Shown here: piece after piece, positions 7,009-15,770 of the stretch | Layout of the letters: every line of letters begins with the position of its first letter | How positions within the stretch are numbered: position 1 is the stretch's first letter | From: Sphingomonadaceae bacterium | GTDB taxonomy: Bacteria > Chloroflexota > UBA6077 | Direction: 5' to 3' | DNA length: 20,000 nucleotides | Assembly: GCA_050261575.1 (NCBI GenBank) | Contig: JBLNDL010000096.1 | Coordinates: 48,018 to 68,017, forward strand | Position numbers and translations under genes: made by a program | The notes under the pieces: generated by a model | What the model saw: only the letters and a program-made list of their open reading frames with translations | Databases searched by the model: none | What the model was told of the DNA's origin: nothing

Positions 7009-9732
7009 CTACCGCGTGGCGGGAGTGTCTATGGCGCCGGTCCGCCTGCGGATCGCCTTCTCGATCTCCACCAGCACCAGGGCCAGGGAGGAGATGGCAA
7101 TGATCTCCACCCAGTCGGTTGCATCCAGCGATACGGTCTGGAGCACGGGCTGGATGAACGGGACGTAGATCACCGAGAGTTGGAGCAGCAGCCCGACGAG
7201 GATTCCCGCGACCATGTAGCGGTTGGTGGTGAGCCCCTTGGTGAAGATGGACTGGTTCACCGACCTGGCGTTCAGGGCGTCGAAGAACTGGTACATCACC
7301 AGGGTCGTGAAGGCCATGGTGCGGGCCTCCTGGAGACTGGCTCCGCTGGCCAGTTGCGCGGCGAACAGCCCCAAGGTGCCGATAGCCATCGCGGTCGAGA
7401 CCAGCAGAATGCGCAACTGGAGCACTCTCGAAAGCATCTCGCTCTTCGGATGGCGGGGTGGCCTCAGCAGGTACTCCCTTTCGCCCGGCTCGAAGCCGAG
7501 GGCGATCACCGGGGCGCTGTCGGTCACCAGGTTCACCCAGAGGATCTGTACCGGCACCAGGGGCAGCGGCAGTCCTACCAGGAGGGCCACCAGGATCGTC
7601 GCCACCTCTCCGGCGTTGGTGGCCAGAAGGAAGTAGATTGCCTTCCGGATGTTCTCGAAGACTACCCGCCCCTCCTCGATCGCCGCGACGATGCTGGCGA
7701 AGTTGTCGTCCGCCAGCACCATGTCGGCCGTCTCCTTGCTGACGTCGGTGCCGGTGATGCCCATGGAGATTCCGATGTCGGCTGCCCGTAGCGCAGGAGC
7801 ATCGTTCACCCCATCACCGGTCACCGCCACGATGTGGCCCCGGGCCTTCAGCCGATCGACGATGCGCAGCTTGTGCTCGGGTGCCGCCCGGGCGTAGACG
7901 GCCACCTCCTCCACGATCTCGTCCAGTTGATCGTCGGACATCGACTCGAGCTCGCGGCCCGTCAGCACCCTCTGGCCGGGATGCAGGATGTGCAGTTGCC
8001 GGGCGATGGCGGCGGCCGTCTGCTTGTGGTCGCCGGTAACCATCGCCACCCGGACGCCCGCCCTATTGGCGGCCTCAACTGCCTCGGCTGCCTCCGGTCT
8101 GGGTGGATCGATGATCCCCACCAGGCCGGCGAAGACGAGCCCGGTGGTAGCCTCCTCCGGGGTAAGTGACCGGCTCTGGGTGGGCCTGTAGGCCAGCGCC
8201 AGGACGCGGTGCCCTTGATCCGCCATGCGGCGGGCTACCGTCAGCACCTCCTCGCGGTTGAGGGGTGCCCGGCCCGTGTCCAGCAACTCGCTGGAGCACA
8301 TCTCAAGGACCCGTCCCGGGGCGCCCTTAACGAGGATCATCGGCTGAGCATCGAATCGATTGAGCGTGGCCATGTACTGCTGCTCAGACTCGAACGGGAT
8401 CTCCCCCAGGCGTGGGCGGCTGCGGTGCAGTTGGGAGATGTGGAGACCCGCTTTCTCCGCCGCAACCAGGAGGGCACCCTCGGTGGGGTCGCCCAGCACC
8501 TTCACCGTGCCGTCCTGCCGGCTCAGACGGGCATCGTTGGCCAGGGCGCCGATCGTGAGCAGCATCTCCAGCGAGGGACTGTCGGAGGCTCTGACCTGGC
8601 GGCCGTCCAGCAGCACCTGCCCCTTTGGCGTGTAGCCGGAGCCGGTGACCTCGTAGTCGCGCCGGCCGGCGTAGATGGCTCGCACCGTCATCTCGTTGCG
8701 GGTGAGGGTGCCGGTCTTGTCGGTGGCGATGAAGTCCGCCGTGCCGAGCGTCTCCACCGCGGGCAGCTTGCGAATGATGGCGTGCCGCCTCGCCATCCTC
8801 TGGGTGCCGATGGCGAGGATGATGGTGACGGTCGCGGGCAGTCCCTCCGGGATGGCGGAGACCGCCAGGGTCACAGCGGTGAGGAACATCTCGAGCAGCC
8901 CGAATCCCGCCAGCACCCCCAGGAGGAACACCAGGACCACGAGGGCGAAGACCACGACTCCGAGGAACCGGCTGAAGGCGTGCAGACGGGCCTGCAGCGG
9001 CGTTTCGATCGTCTCCAGGCCGGTCACCTGCTGTGAGATCTTGCCGAGTTCGGTGTGGCTTCCGGTGGCAACCGCGATCCCGACGCCTCTCCCCACCGTC
9101 ACCGTCGTGCCGGCAAAGGCCATGTTCGACTGGTCGGCGGGGGGAAGGTTGGTCTCCCTAATGGGGCTGGTGGTCTTGGCAACCGGCACCGACTCGCCCG
9201 TCAGGGGCGCCTCGTCGATCTGCAGGCTGTGAGCCTCCAGGAGCCGCAGGTCGGCGGGGACCTTGTCGCCGCTGGCGAGGATGACGATATCCCCAGGGAC
9301 CACCTGCTCGATCGGTACCTCCATGTGTACTCCACCTCGCACCACCGTGGCGGTCGGTGCCGTCATCTTCAGCAGGGCCTCTATGGCGGCAGCCGCCTTG
9401 GTCTCCTGTACGTAGCCGATGACGGCATTGGCCACGACCACCACGAGGATCACGGCCGTATCGACGTACTCACCCAGGAGGGCCGTGATGATGCCGGCGA
9501 CCAGGAGCACGTAGACGAGCGGGTTCTGGAACTGGCGCAGGAAGAGGACGAAGGGGCTCGGCCCCTTCGTCCGCTCCAGTTGGTTGGGGCCGAAACGACG
9601 CAGCCTCTCCTCGGCTTCATGCTGGCTGAGGCCGTCCCTACTGCTGTGCAGCCGACGGATGGCCTCCTCGGCCTCCAGGTGATACCACGGTTCGGTCGTG
9701 GCGGTGGTGGCGTAGGAGGGGAGGGTGGCCAC
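7009..9732 (-). CDS. Cation-transporting P-type ATPase, P2A (Ca2+-type, PacL/LMCA1-like)
   Basis: TGES, AIPEGLP, DKTGTLT, KGAP, TGD, TGDGVND, TM5 TNAGE and TM6 ILWVNLVTD. Start placed at GTG 9732 after GGAGG. Confidence 0.93.
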   Translation of the reverse strand: MATLPSYATTATTEPWYHLEAEEAIRRLHSSRDGLSQHEAEERLRRFGPNQLERTKGPSPFVLFLRQFQNPLVYVLLVAGIITALLGEYVDTAVILVVVVANAVIGYVQETKAAAAIEALLKMTAPTATVVRGGVHMEVPIEQVVPGDIVILASGDKVPADLRLLEAHSLQIDEAPLTGESVPVAKTTSPIRETNLPPADQSNMAFAGTTVTVGRGVGIAVATGSHTELGKISQQVTGLETIETPLQARLHAFSRFLGVVVFALVVLVFLLGVLAGFGLLEMFLTAVTLAVSAIPEGLPATVTIILAIGTQRMARRHAIIRKLPAVETLGTADFIATDKTGTLTRNEMTVRAIYAGRRDYEVTGSGYTPKGQVLLDGRQVRASDSPSLEMLLTIGALANDARLSRQDGTVKVLGDPTEGALLVAAEKAGLHISQLHRSRPRLGEIPFESEQQYMATLNRFDAQPMILVKGAPGRVLEMCSSELLDTGRAPLNREEVLTVARRMADQGHRVLALAYRPTQSRSLTPEEATTGLVFAGLVGIIDPPRPEAAEAVEAANRAGVRVAMVTGDHKQTAAAIARQLHILHPGQRVLTGRELESMSDDQLDEIVEEVAVYARAAPEHKLRIVDRLKARGHIVAVTGDGVNDAPALRAADIGISMGITGTDVSKETADMVLADDNFASIVAAIEEGRVVFENIRKAIYFLLATNAGEVATILVALLVGLPLPLVPVQILWVNLVTDSAPVIALGFEPGEREYLLRPPRHPKSEMLSRVLQLRILLVSTAMAIGTLGLFAAQLASGASLQEARTMAFTTLVMYQFFDALNARSVNQSIFTKGLTTNRYMVAGILVGLLLQLSVIYVPFIQPVLQTVSLDATDWVEIIAISSLALVLVEIEKAIRRRTGAIDTPATR

Positions 9733-9831
9733 GCGCTGCCTCCATTCTCTGCCCGGTATTCGGGCCAACTCCGCCCAAAGGGGGTTGTCGCTCGAGTCCC
9801 CTCGGTTGGCGCGTCAGGAAAGGCAGGATGC

Positions 9832-9848
9832 TGGCAGGTTATATGCCA
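9832..9848. promoter_or_regulatory. Palindromic TGGCA-N7-TGCCA element with sigma54-like -24/-12 spacing on both strands
   Basis: TGGCAGGTTATATGCCA. The minus strand TGGCATATAACCTGC has GG-N10-GC pointing at the ATPase, about 100 nt from its start. Confidence 0.45.
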
Positions 9849-10093
9849 CAGGAGGAGTCCCGGGCGTGGCTCGCGAGAGCGAGGTGGCGGTCGTAAGCCG
9901 TTGAGTCGGGGCCTGTCTCCGGCGTACGCATCGCAGCTTGCCTGCGATGCGTACCACGTGGCGGCGGCAAGTCGCACGCGAGCCGCGACGTCACATCGTG
10001 ACGATGCCCTGGACCATGCCGCGGCGAGGCGCGCCGAAATCGAGGGTAAGCAGGTCTGGAGGGCGAGCCTTAAGGCAGGCGGAGGGAGTCAGG

Positions 10094-10573
10094 ATGGCGA
10101 AGTCGAGGATCGACAAGGTGTTGGTGGCCGTCGACGGGTCGGCCGAGTCGCTGGAAGCTGCCAAATACGCTGCGGAGTTGGTGAGGGCGTTGAACCCGAA
10201 GGTCGCGGTGATGCACGTGGTGCCGAATCCGGACATTCCGGTGAGCGCTTCCCCCGTGGGCACAAGTACGTTGGGTCCCGACGACGAGGTGGCCATCGAG
10301 AGGGCTCTCTGGGATGGTGCACAGGCTATACTGGACAGGAATATGGAACCTTTCCGGCAGGCGGGGGTGCAGGTGGAGGGGGTGATGGCCAGCGGGGACC
10401 CTGCGAGAGAGATCGTGGACTTTGCCAGGAAAGGGCGGTACGATCTGCTGGTGGTGGGGAGCCGGGGTGAGGGTGCGGTGGAGAGGGCCCTCTTGGGCAG
10501 CACCAGCGATGCAGTGGTGAGGGAATCACCATGCCCGGTTCTGGTGGTGAGAAGAGGGGCACGTGCCCGGTAG
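10094..10573 (+). CDS. Universal stress protein (UspA family, ATP-binding type)
   Basis: KVLVAVDGSAES...GDPAREIVDFA...DLLVVGSRGEG...LLGSTSDAVVRESPCPVLVV. ATG 10094 after GGAGGGAG. Confidence 0.93.
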   Translation: MAKSRIDKVLVAVDGSAESLEAAKYAAELVRALNPKVAVMHVVPNPDIPVSASPVGTSTLGPDDEVAIERALWDGAQAILDRNMEPFRQAGVQVEGVMASGDPAREIVDFARKGRYDLLVVGSRGEGAVERALLGSTSDAVVRESPCPVLVVRRGARAR

Positions 10574-10711
10574 CGGCGAGTTTGAGACGCTGGGACGGGG
10601 CGACGCGGGAAACCCGGCTGGGGACTCAGGACTGAGAAGCCAGTACTCAGCGACCAGCAACTGGTGCCCAGCACTCAGCAGAACTCGAGACTCAGAAGTG
10701 GAGGCATAGCG

Positions 10712-10990
10712 ATGGAGAACAGGACGGGCGTGAGTCTGGCGGAGGAGCTGCTATCCCACATCGGTGGCACCGAGGTGGAGGATGTGTACATCGACGAGGA
10801 CGAAAACGGCCGCTACCTCGGACTGGTGTTCAGCGATGGTGAGACCGAGTACCACCTCACCTTCGAGGAGGATGGGACCATCCAACTGGCGGAGGGGCCC
10901 TTGGAAGGCGAGGGTCTCGAAGAGGTCACGACCTTCAGCATAAACGAGGTGGTGCCGCCCTACTCCGAGGACGGCGTGGAGGAGGGCTAA
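10712..10990 (+). CDS. Hypothetical small, highly acidic protein (92 aa)
   Basis: ATG after GGAGG with coding-like codon usage. By my count 26 D/E, 2 R and 0 K. No family recognised. Confidence 0.8.
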   Translation: MENRTGVSLAEELLSHIGGTEVEDVYIDEDENGRYLGLVFSDGETEYHLTFEEDGTIQLAEGPLEGEGLEEVTTFSINEVVPPYSEDGVEEG

Positions 10991-11069
10991 GAAGGCATCT
11001 CCAGTCCGTATCGATCTCTGTGGTGGGAAGAGTGTACTCTATCCGGAGAAGCCTGTTAGCGGGCGAACG

Positions 11070-11098
11070 TTGACGCTAACACGCGGCCACGTTATGCT
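11070..11098 (+). promoter_or_regulatory. Sigma70-type promoter for the TPR/coiled-coil gene pair
   Basis: TTGACG (11070-11075), 17 bp, TATGCT (11093-11098). Confidence 0.75.
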
Positions 11099-11151
11099 AC
11101 GGCCGTTCCACATCCCAGTTCCCATCGTGTGAAGAGCTTCCGGAGGCCACC

Positions 11152-11958
11152 TTGTCTCGCACCTTGTTCGCTTTCGCCGCGGCGGGCGCGATCGTGCTGT
11201 GTGTTGGTGTCGGCTGGGTGGTGGCGGCTGCCAACGGAGTTGTCCCTGCCGGTCCCTCTCCCCTCGCGCTCGACCCAGCGCTTCTCTCAAGTAGTGAGCG
11301 CATCCGAAGCCTCATTCTCGATCCAGGACTGCCGGCGGCCGCGATGGTGCTGTTGGCTGTTCTCTCTACGGTGGCCTTGGTATTCCGGCGTCGACGCAGG
11401 CGGGATCGTGAGATTCCGGCGGCTGGCCCATCGGCCGACGTCGTGGCCGCGGGTGACGCGCTGGCCGTCGTGGAGGGCCATGTGGGCGTGGAGAGCGTCC
11501 CGGCGTTGGATGAGGTGCCGGCCCCTGATTCCCATGAGCCGATCGGGCGGGCACCTGAGGCGACAGATTCGGTGGATGTGGCCTCCACCCCGGCGGCCGG
11601 CGATCCGACGGAGGCGGAGCCGACCCCCACTGAGGAGCGCGCGAGCGTGATGGACTCGACCGTAGCGCACTGCACGGGAGAGAGTCGATCGAGCCTGGCG
11701 GCCAACCTGGTAGCCATGGGGCGGCAGGCGGCCGAAGAAGGGGACAGGGAGACGACCTACCGATTGATGCGCCAGGCGCTGGAGATGGACTCTCGAAACG
11801 TGGACGCCTGGATCTGGAGGGCGGCCGCGTCGGAATCGGTCCAAGAATCGTTGGTTTGCCTGAAGACTGCACTGCTGCTGGATCCGGAGAACGAAAAGGC
11901 GAAACGGGGGCTGGCTTTCTTCCAGTCCCGCCCAGTGGATGACAGGGGGAATCGATGA
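11152..11958 (+). CDS. Membrane-anchored protein with acidic/Pro linker and C-terminal TPR domain
   Basis: Two N-terminal hydrophobic segments, the second followed by RRRRRR, then a low-complexity linker and TPR-like helices (GRQAAEEGDRETTYRLMRQALEMDSRNVDAWIWRA...CLKTALLLDPENEKAKRGL). TTG after GGAGG. Confidence 0.75.
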   Translation: MSRTLFAFAAAGAIVLCVGVGWVVAAANGVVPAGPSPLALDPALLSSSERIRSLILDPGLPAAAMVLLAVLSTVALVFRRRRRRDREIPAAGPSADVVAAGDALAVVEGHVGVESVPALDEVPAPDSHEPIGRAPEATDSVDVASTPAAGDPTEAEPTPTEERASVMDSTVAHCTGESRSSLAANLVAMGRQAAEEGDRETTYRLMRQALEMDSRNVDAWIWRAAASESVQESLVCLKTALLLDPENEKAKRGLAFFQSRPVDDRGNR

Positions 11959-12740
11959 GCGCAGGATCGGATCACGCCCCTTTCTCGGTGGATCCCGGAC
12001 AGGGTCCTGAACTCCGATCGAGTTCCGGTCTCGTCGATTGGGAACAAGAAGATAGTCCAGGAGGAGGCCTGTCCGCGAGAGTCCTCCGGATTGCCCTCAA
12101 TGAGGCGATGCACGTCCGACTGGAGGCGTTCCACGCCGGCGAGAGGGTCTATGACGAGCTGGTGAGAGAGGCTGAGGCGCGATCCAGCCAGATCCTGGCC
12201 GAGGCCCAGGCGGAAGCCGACCGGATCCTGGCGAGTGCCCGATCGGAGGCGGAGCGGACCCTATCCGAAGCGATTCGGCAGGCCAAGGCGCTGCACGACG
12301 AAGCTGCGCGCCAGGCCTTGGAGACCAGGGCAGCCCTGGCGGAGCTGCGCTCGCAACGTTCAACCGCGGTCCGGCGACTGTGGAGCAGACTGGCAGGCAG
12401 CAAGAGCGAGGACAGTGCGGATACGTCGGCCGGGCTTTCGGCTGCCGCGTCTGTCTTCCCCCCGGACCCGGCTCCCCCGCGCGACCGAGCGGCCCAGTCG
12501 CCGTCTACCACCGGGCCCCAGCCGGAGCAGGCGGCACCCCCGAGCGCACCGCTCCCCTTTGCCGAGACCGTTGCGTCTCCGGCGGCTGGAAAGGAGCCCC
12601 CGAGGCCTGAGCCGAGGGGTGGCGAAGCCCCCACCGGCGCGATCCCCCCGCGTGGGGACGGGCAGCCGCGCGAGTCCTCGGTGGCCGGCGCGGCCTCGCC
12701 ACGAAAGCACTCCTGGGTTATCCCCGATTGGCTCAAGTAG
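11955..12740 (+). CDS. Hypothetical protein with DivIVA/ATP-synthase-b-like coiled coil and Pro-rich tail
   Basis: ATGA 4-nt overlap with the upstream gene. EAEARSSQILAEAQAEADRILASARSEAERTLSEA repeats with about 11-residue periodicity. Disordered tail ending WVIPDWLK. Confidence 0.7.
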   Translation: MSAGSDHAPFSVDPGQGPELRSSSGLVDWEQEDSPGGGLSARVLRIALNEAMHVRLEAFHAGERVYDELVREAEARSSQILAEAQAEADRILASARSEAERTLSEAIRQAKALHDEAARQALETRAALAELRSQRSTAVRRLWSRLAGSKSEDSADTSAGLSAAASVFPPDPAPPRDRAAQSPSTTGPQPEQAAPPSAPLPFAETVASPAAGKEPPRPEPRGGEAPTGAIPPRGDGQPRESSVAGAASPRKHSWVIPDWLK

Positions 12741-12993
12741 CACGCGGCAGACTCCCCCATCCTCCATTCACAAGATTTTTCTCACTAAATGTAGTACAAT
12801 AGCTCGCGAGTAGCCGGACCCGGCAACATGTGGCATCGAGGCTGGCCCGGCCTCCTGCCATCGCGTGGTGGGCGGCAGGTCGGCCGACACGGTGACTGGA
12901 GCAGCAGCGCAGCTTGCCCCTGGCTGGGTGGCCCAAGGGGTGTCCAGGCTGGAGAGAGGGGCTCCGGCCCCGGATTGGATGGGAGATGCCGCT

Positions 12994-14739
12994 ATGGCAA
13001 GTGGAGACTTAGTGGTCAGGATCGCCGGTGAGTCGGGTGAGGGTGTCATAAGCACCGGCGAGCTGGTCGCGCAGGCCGCTGCGCGCGCGGGTTTCGAGCT
13101 GTTGACCTTCAAGACCTACCCTGCCGAGATCAAGGGTGGGCACGCCCTGATCCAGCTCAGGCTGAGCGATCGGCGACTCCACACGCAGGGAGACCAGCTC
13201 GACGTCCTTCTGGCGTTCAACCAGGAGGCCTGCGACAGGAACATCGCCGATCTGAAGCCCGGCGGGCTGCTCATCTACGACTCCGCCGCGTGCGCTCCGC
13301 CCGAGAGCGGCGAGCGGCTGCAGTACGCGGTTCCCCTGACGGAGATCGCCAGGACCCAGCTCAGGTTCGAGCTGGGGAAGAACATGGTGGCCGTGGGGGT
13401 AGTGGCCGCGCTGTTCGACCTGTCCAGGGAGCACTTGGTCCGGCTGCTTCAGGAGAAGTTCGGGAGCAAAGGCGAGGACGTCGTCGCCAAGAACCTGGCC
13501 GCCCTGGATGCCGGCATCGGTTACGTGCGGGAGCGGATGGGTGGCCGCATCGGCTTCTCTGTCAAGCCGGGGGATGGGCGCGGGGAGGTCGTCGTCGTTT
13601 CGGGCAACCAGGCGCTGGCCATGGGGGCGATGGCCGCTGGGTGCCGCAACTACTTCGGGTACCCCATCACGCCGGCCACGGACATCATGGAGTTCCTGGC
13701 AGCCAACCTGCCCAGGGTCGGCGGATCGGTGGTGCAGGCAGAGGACGAGATTGCGGCGGCCGGGATGGTGTTGGGCGCCTCCTACGGTGGTGCCAGGGCC
13801 ATGACCGCAACGTCCGGCCCCGGTCTCAGTCTGATGGTGGAGATGCTGGGGTTGGGGGCCATGGCGGAGCTGCCGGCGGTGATCGTCGACGTGCAGCGGG
13901 CGGGGCCATCGACCGGGATGCCCACCAAGCACGAGCAAGGGGACCTGAACCTGGCCGTGTCGGGGGCCCACGGGGAGGTTCAGCGGATCGTTCTAGCTCC
14001 AACGTCGGTGGAAGACTGCTTCTATCAGGCGGTGAACGCCTTCAACCTGGCGGAGCGGTTCCAGATGCCCGTGATACTGCTCTCAGACACCTTGCTCGCG
14101 ACCCGCACCGAGAGGATCCCGCGCCCAGACCTATCCAGGGTGGAGCGGAAGGAGCGCGAGCTGTACCGTCCCGTCGGAAACGGCAGTGGCGGCGGGGCGA
14201 GGTTCCTGAGGTACGCTTTGACCCCGACCGGGGTGTCGCCCATGAGCATACCTGGGCAGGCCGGCGGCGAGTACGTGGCGACCGGGCTGGAGCACAGCGA
14301 GCTGGGCCGCCCTCGTTACGATCCCGATACCCATCAGAAGATGACGGAGAAACGGTTCAGAAAGCTGGAGACGGCCGTGTCCGAGGCACCCCCCGCCGAG
14401 CGGTACGGTGATCGCGGTGCGGAGGTAGGCGTCGTGACCTGGGGCTCGACCATGGGCGCCGTGGTGGAGGCCGTCGACCTGGCCGCGGAGAAGGGCATCG
14501 CGGTGGAGGCCATCGCCCCCAGGATGCTCTGGCCGATCCCGGACCATCAGGTGGGGGAGTTCATACGGGGCAAGCGGGTGGTGATCGTGCCCGAGGTCAA
14601 TTACAGCGGCCAGTTCGCGGAGCTGCTGGCCGCTCGGTACAGGCGTGATCTGGTGAAGGTGAACAGCTACGGTGGGGTGTCCATCAAGGCCGCCAGGATC
14701 GTGGAGGCGATCGAGGAGGTGGGGCATAATGTTGGGTAG
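12994..14739 (+). CDS. korA: 2-oxoacid:ferredoxin oxidoreductase subunit alpha (fused gamma-alpha)
   Basis: RIAGESGEGV, AEIKGG, GYPITP, QAEDE, TATSGPG and QRAGPSTGMPT. ATG 12994 after GGGAG. The substrate is not determined. Confidence 0.9.
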   Translation: MASGDLVVRIAGESGEGVISTGELVAQAAARAGFELLTFKTYPAEIKGGHALIQLRLSDRRLHTQGDQLDVLLAFNQEACDRNIADLKPGGLLIYDSAACAPPESGERLQYAVPLTEIARTQLRFELGKNMVAVGVVAALFDLSREHLVRLLQEKFGSKGEDVVAKNLAALDAGIGYVRERMGGRIGFSVKPGDGRGEVVVVSGNQALAMGAMAAGCRNYFGYPITPATDIMEFLAANLPRVGGSVVQAEDEIAAAGMVLGASYGGARAMTATSGPGLSLMVEMLGLGAMAELPAVIVDVQRAGPSTGMPTKHEQGDLNLAVSGAHGEVQRIVLAPTSVEDCFYQAVNAFNLAERFQMPVILLSDTLLATRTERIPRPDLSRVERKERELYRPVGNGSGGGARFLRYALTPTGVSPMSIPGQAGGEYVATGLEHSELGRPRYDPDTHQKMTEKRFRKLETAVSEAPPAERYGDRGAEVGVVTWGSTMGAVVEAVDLAAEKGIAVEAIAPRMLWPIPDHQVGEFIRGKRVVIVPEVNYSGQFAELLAARYRRDLVKVNSYGGVSIKAARIVEAIEEVGHNVG

Positions 14740-15595
14740 CACTGCCTTGATCGAGCGAACTGTGGACGACTACAAGAGCGACGAGAAGCCTACCTGGTGC
14801 CCAGGGTGCGGCGATTTCGGCGTGTTGAACGCCGTGTACAACGCCATGAAGGAGAAGAGGCTCGATCCGAAGGATGTGGTGGTGGTGTCCGGTATCGGCT
14901 GCTCCAGCCGCCTGCCCTTCTTCGTCTCCACCTACGGCTTTCACGGTGTGCATGGGCGGACCATGCCGATCGCGACCGGGCTGAAGGTAGCCAGGCCCGA
15001 TCTGGCCGTCCTGGTCATGGGGGGCGACGGCGATGCCCTTGCGATAGGCGGCGGCCATTTCATCCACGCCGCCAGGCGAAACGTCAACCTCACCTACGTG
15101 ATCATGGATAACAGCATCTACGGTCTGACCAAGGGCCAGACATCGCCCACCAGCCGGGCCGGCTTCACCACCAAGACCACCCCTCGCGGGAGTGTGGACC
15201 GCTCGGTGAACCCACTGCTGCTGGCCCTCAGCGCGGGCGCAACCTTCGTGGCCAGGGGCTTTTCCGGGCAGCCAAAGGAGTTGGCCGACCTGATCGTGCA
15301 GGGGATGGAGCACAGGGGATTCTCGGTGATCGACGTTTACAGCCCCTGCCCCACCTTCAACAAGGTCAACACCTTCAAGTTCTATCGTGAGATGGTGAGG
15401 TCGCTGCCTCCGAACCACCCTACGGGCGACCTGGGTGAGGCGATTCGGGCGGCCCGCAGCGAGGATCCGCTGTACGTGGGGCTGTTCTACCGCGAGGAGG
15501 GCGCGAGCTTCGAGGAGGGGCTGGAGCTTCAGAATTCCGGCGGCGAGGAGGACTGCCACACCGTCCTGGAGGATCTGTTCGACCGGTTCAGCTAG
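14729..15595 (+). CDS. korB: 2-oxoacid:ferredoxin oxidoreductase subunit beta
   Basis: PTWCPGCGDFG, VSGIGCSSR, HGR, ThDP motif GGDGD...DNSIYGLTKGQ and SPCPTFN. Overlaps the korA end and follows GAGGAGG. Confidence 0.9.
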   Translation: MLGSTALIERTVDDYKSDEKPTWCPGCGDFGVLNAVYNAMKEKRLDPKDVVVVSGIGCSSRLPFFVSTYGFHGVHGRTMPIATGLKVARPDLAVLVMGGDGDALAIGGGHFIHAARRNVNLTYVIMDNSIYGLTKGQTSPTSRAGFTTKTTPRGSVDRSVNPLLLALSAGATFVARGFSGQPKELADLIVQGMEHRGFSVIDVYSPCPTFNKVNTFKFYREMVRSLPPNHPTGDLGEAIRAARSEDPLYVGLFYREEGASFEEGLELQNSGGEEDCHTVLEDLFDRFS

Positions 15596-15614
15596 CACCA
15601 GGTCCTGAGATGAC

Positions 15615-15650
15615 GTGGGGCAGGGTCTTGTGCCCCGCCGCATGCCCTAC
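15615..15650. repeat. Degenerate copy of the GTAG-type REP-like palindrome between convergent korB and the ACT gene
   Basis: GTGGGGCAGGGTCTTGTGCCCCGCC...TGCCCTAC aligns with the 4283 (reverse complement) and 6878 copies. Confidence 0.6.
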
Positions 15651-15770
15651 TTCGGGAGCGATGCGCGATGCCCCCTCCTCGAAGGGAGAGGGGATTCCAC
15701 CTGAGCAGGTATCTCCAGATAGAGCACACGCTTCCCGCGCGAGAAGTTGACATGAACCGGAGACACCTGC

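Noticed and set aside
9733..9900. yybP-ykoY Mn2+ riboswitch upstream of the P-type ATPase
   Set aside because: I could not find its conserved core motifs on the minus strand.
11056..11079. CIRCE (HrcA) element
   Set aside because: Only the TTAGC/GCTAA ends match. The inner bases and the 9-bp spacing do not.
11317..11403. PGL-TM-RRRRRR as a C-terminal sorting signal
   Set aside because: It is internal, and the frame continues for about 185 aa into a TPR domain, so it is better read as a stop-transfer signal.
12767..12787. Rex operator upstream of korAB
   Set aside because: Only a TTCACAA half-site is present, with no inverted TTGTGAA partner.
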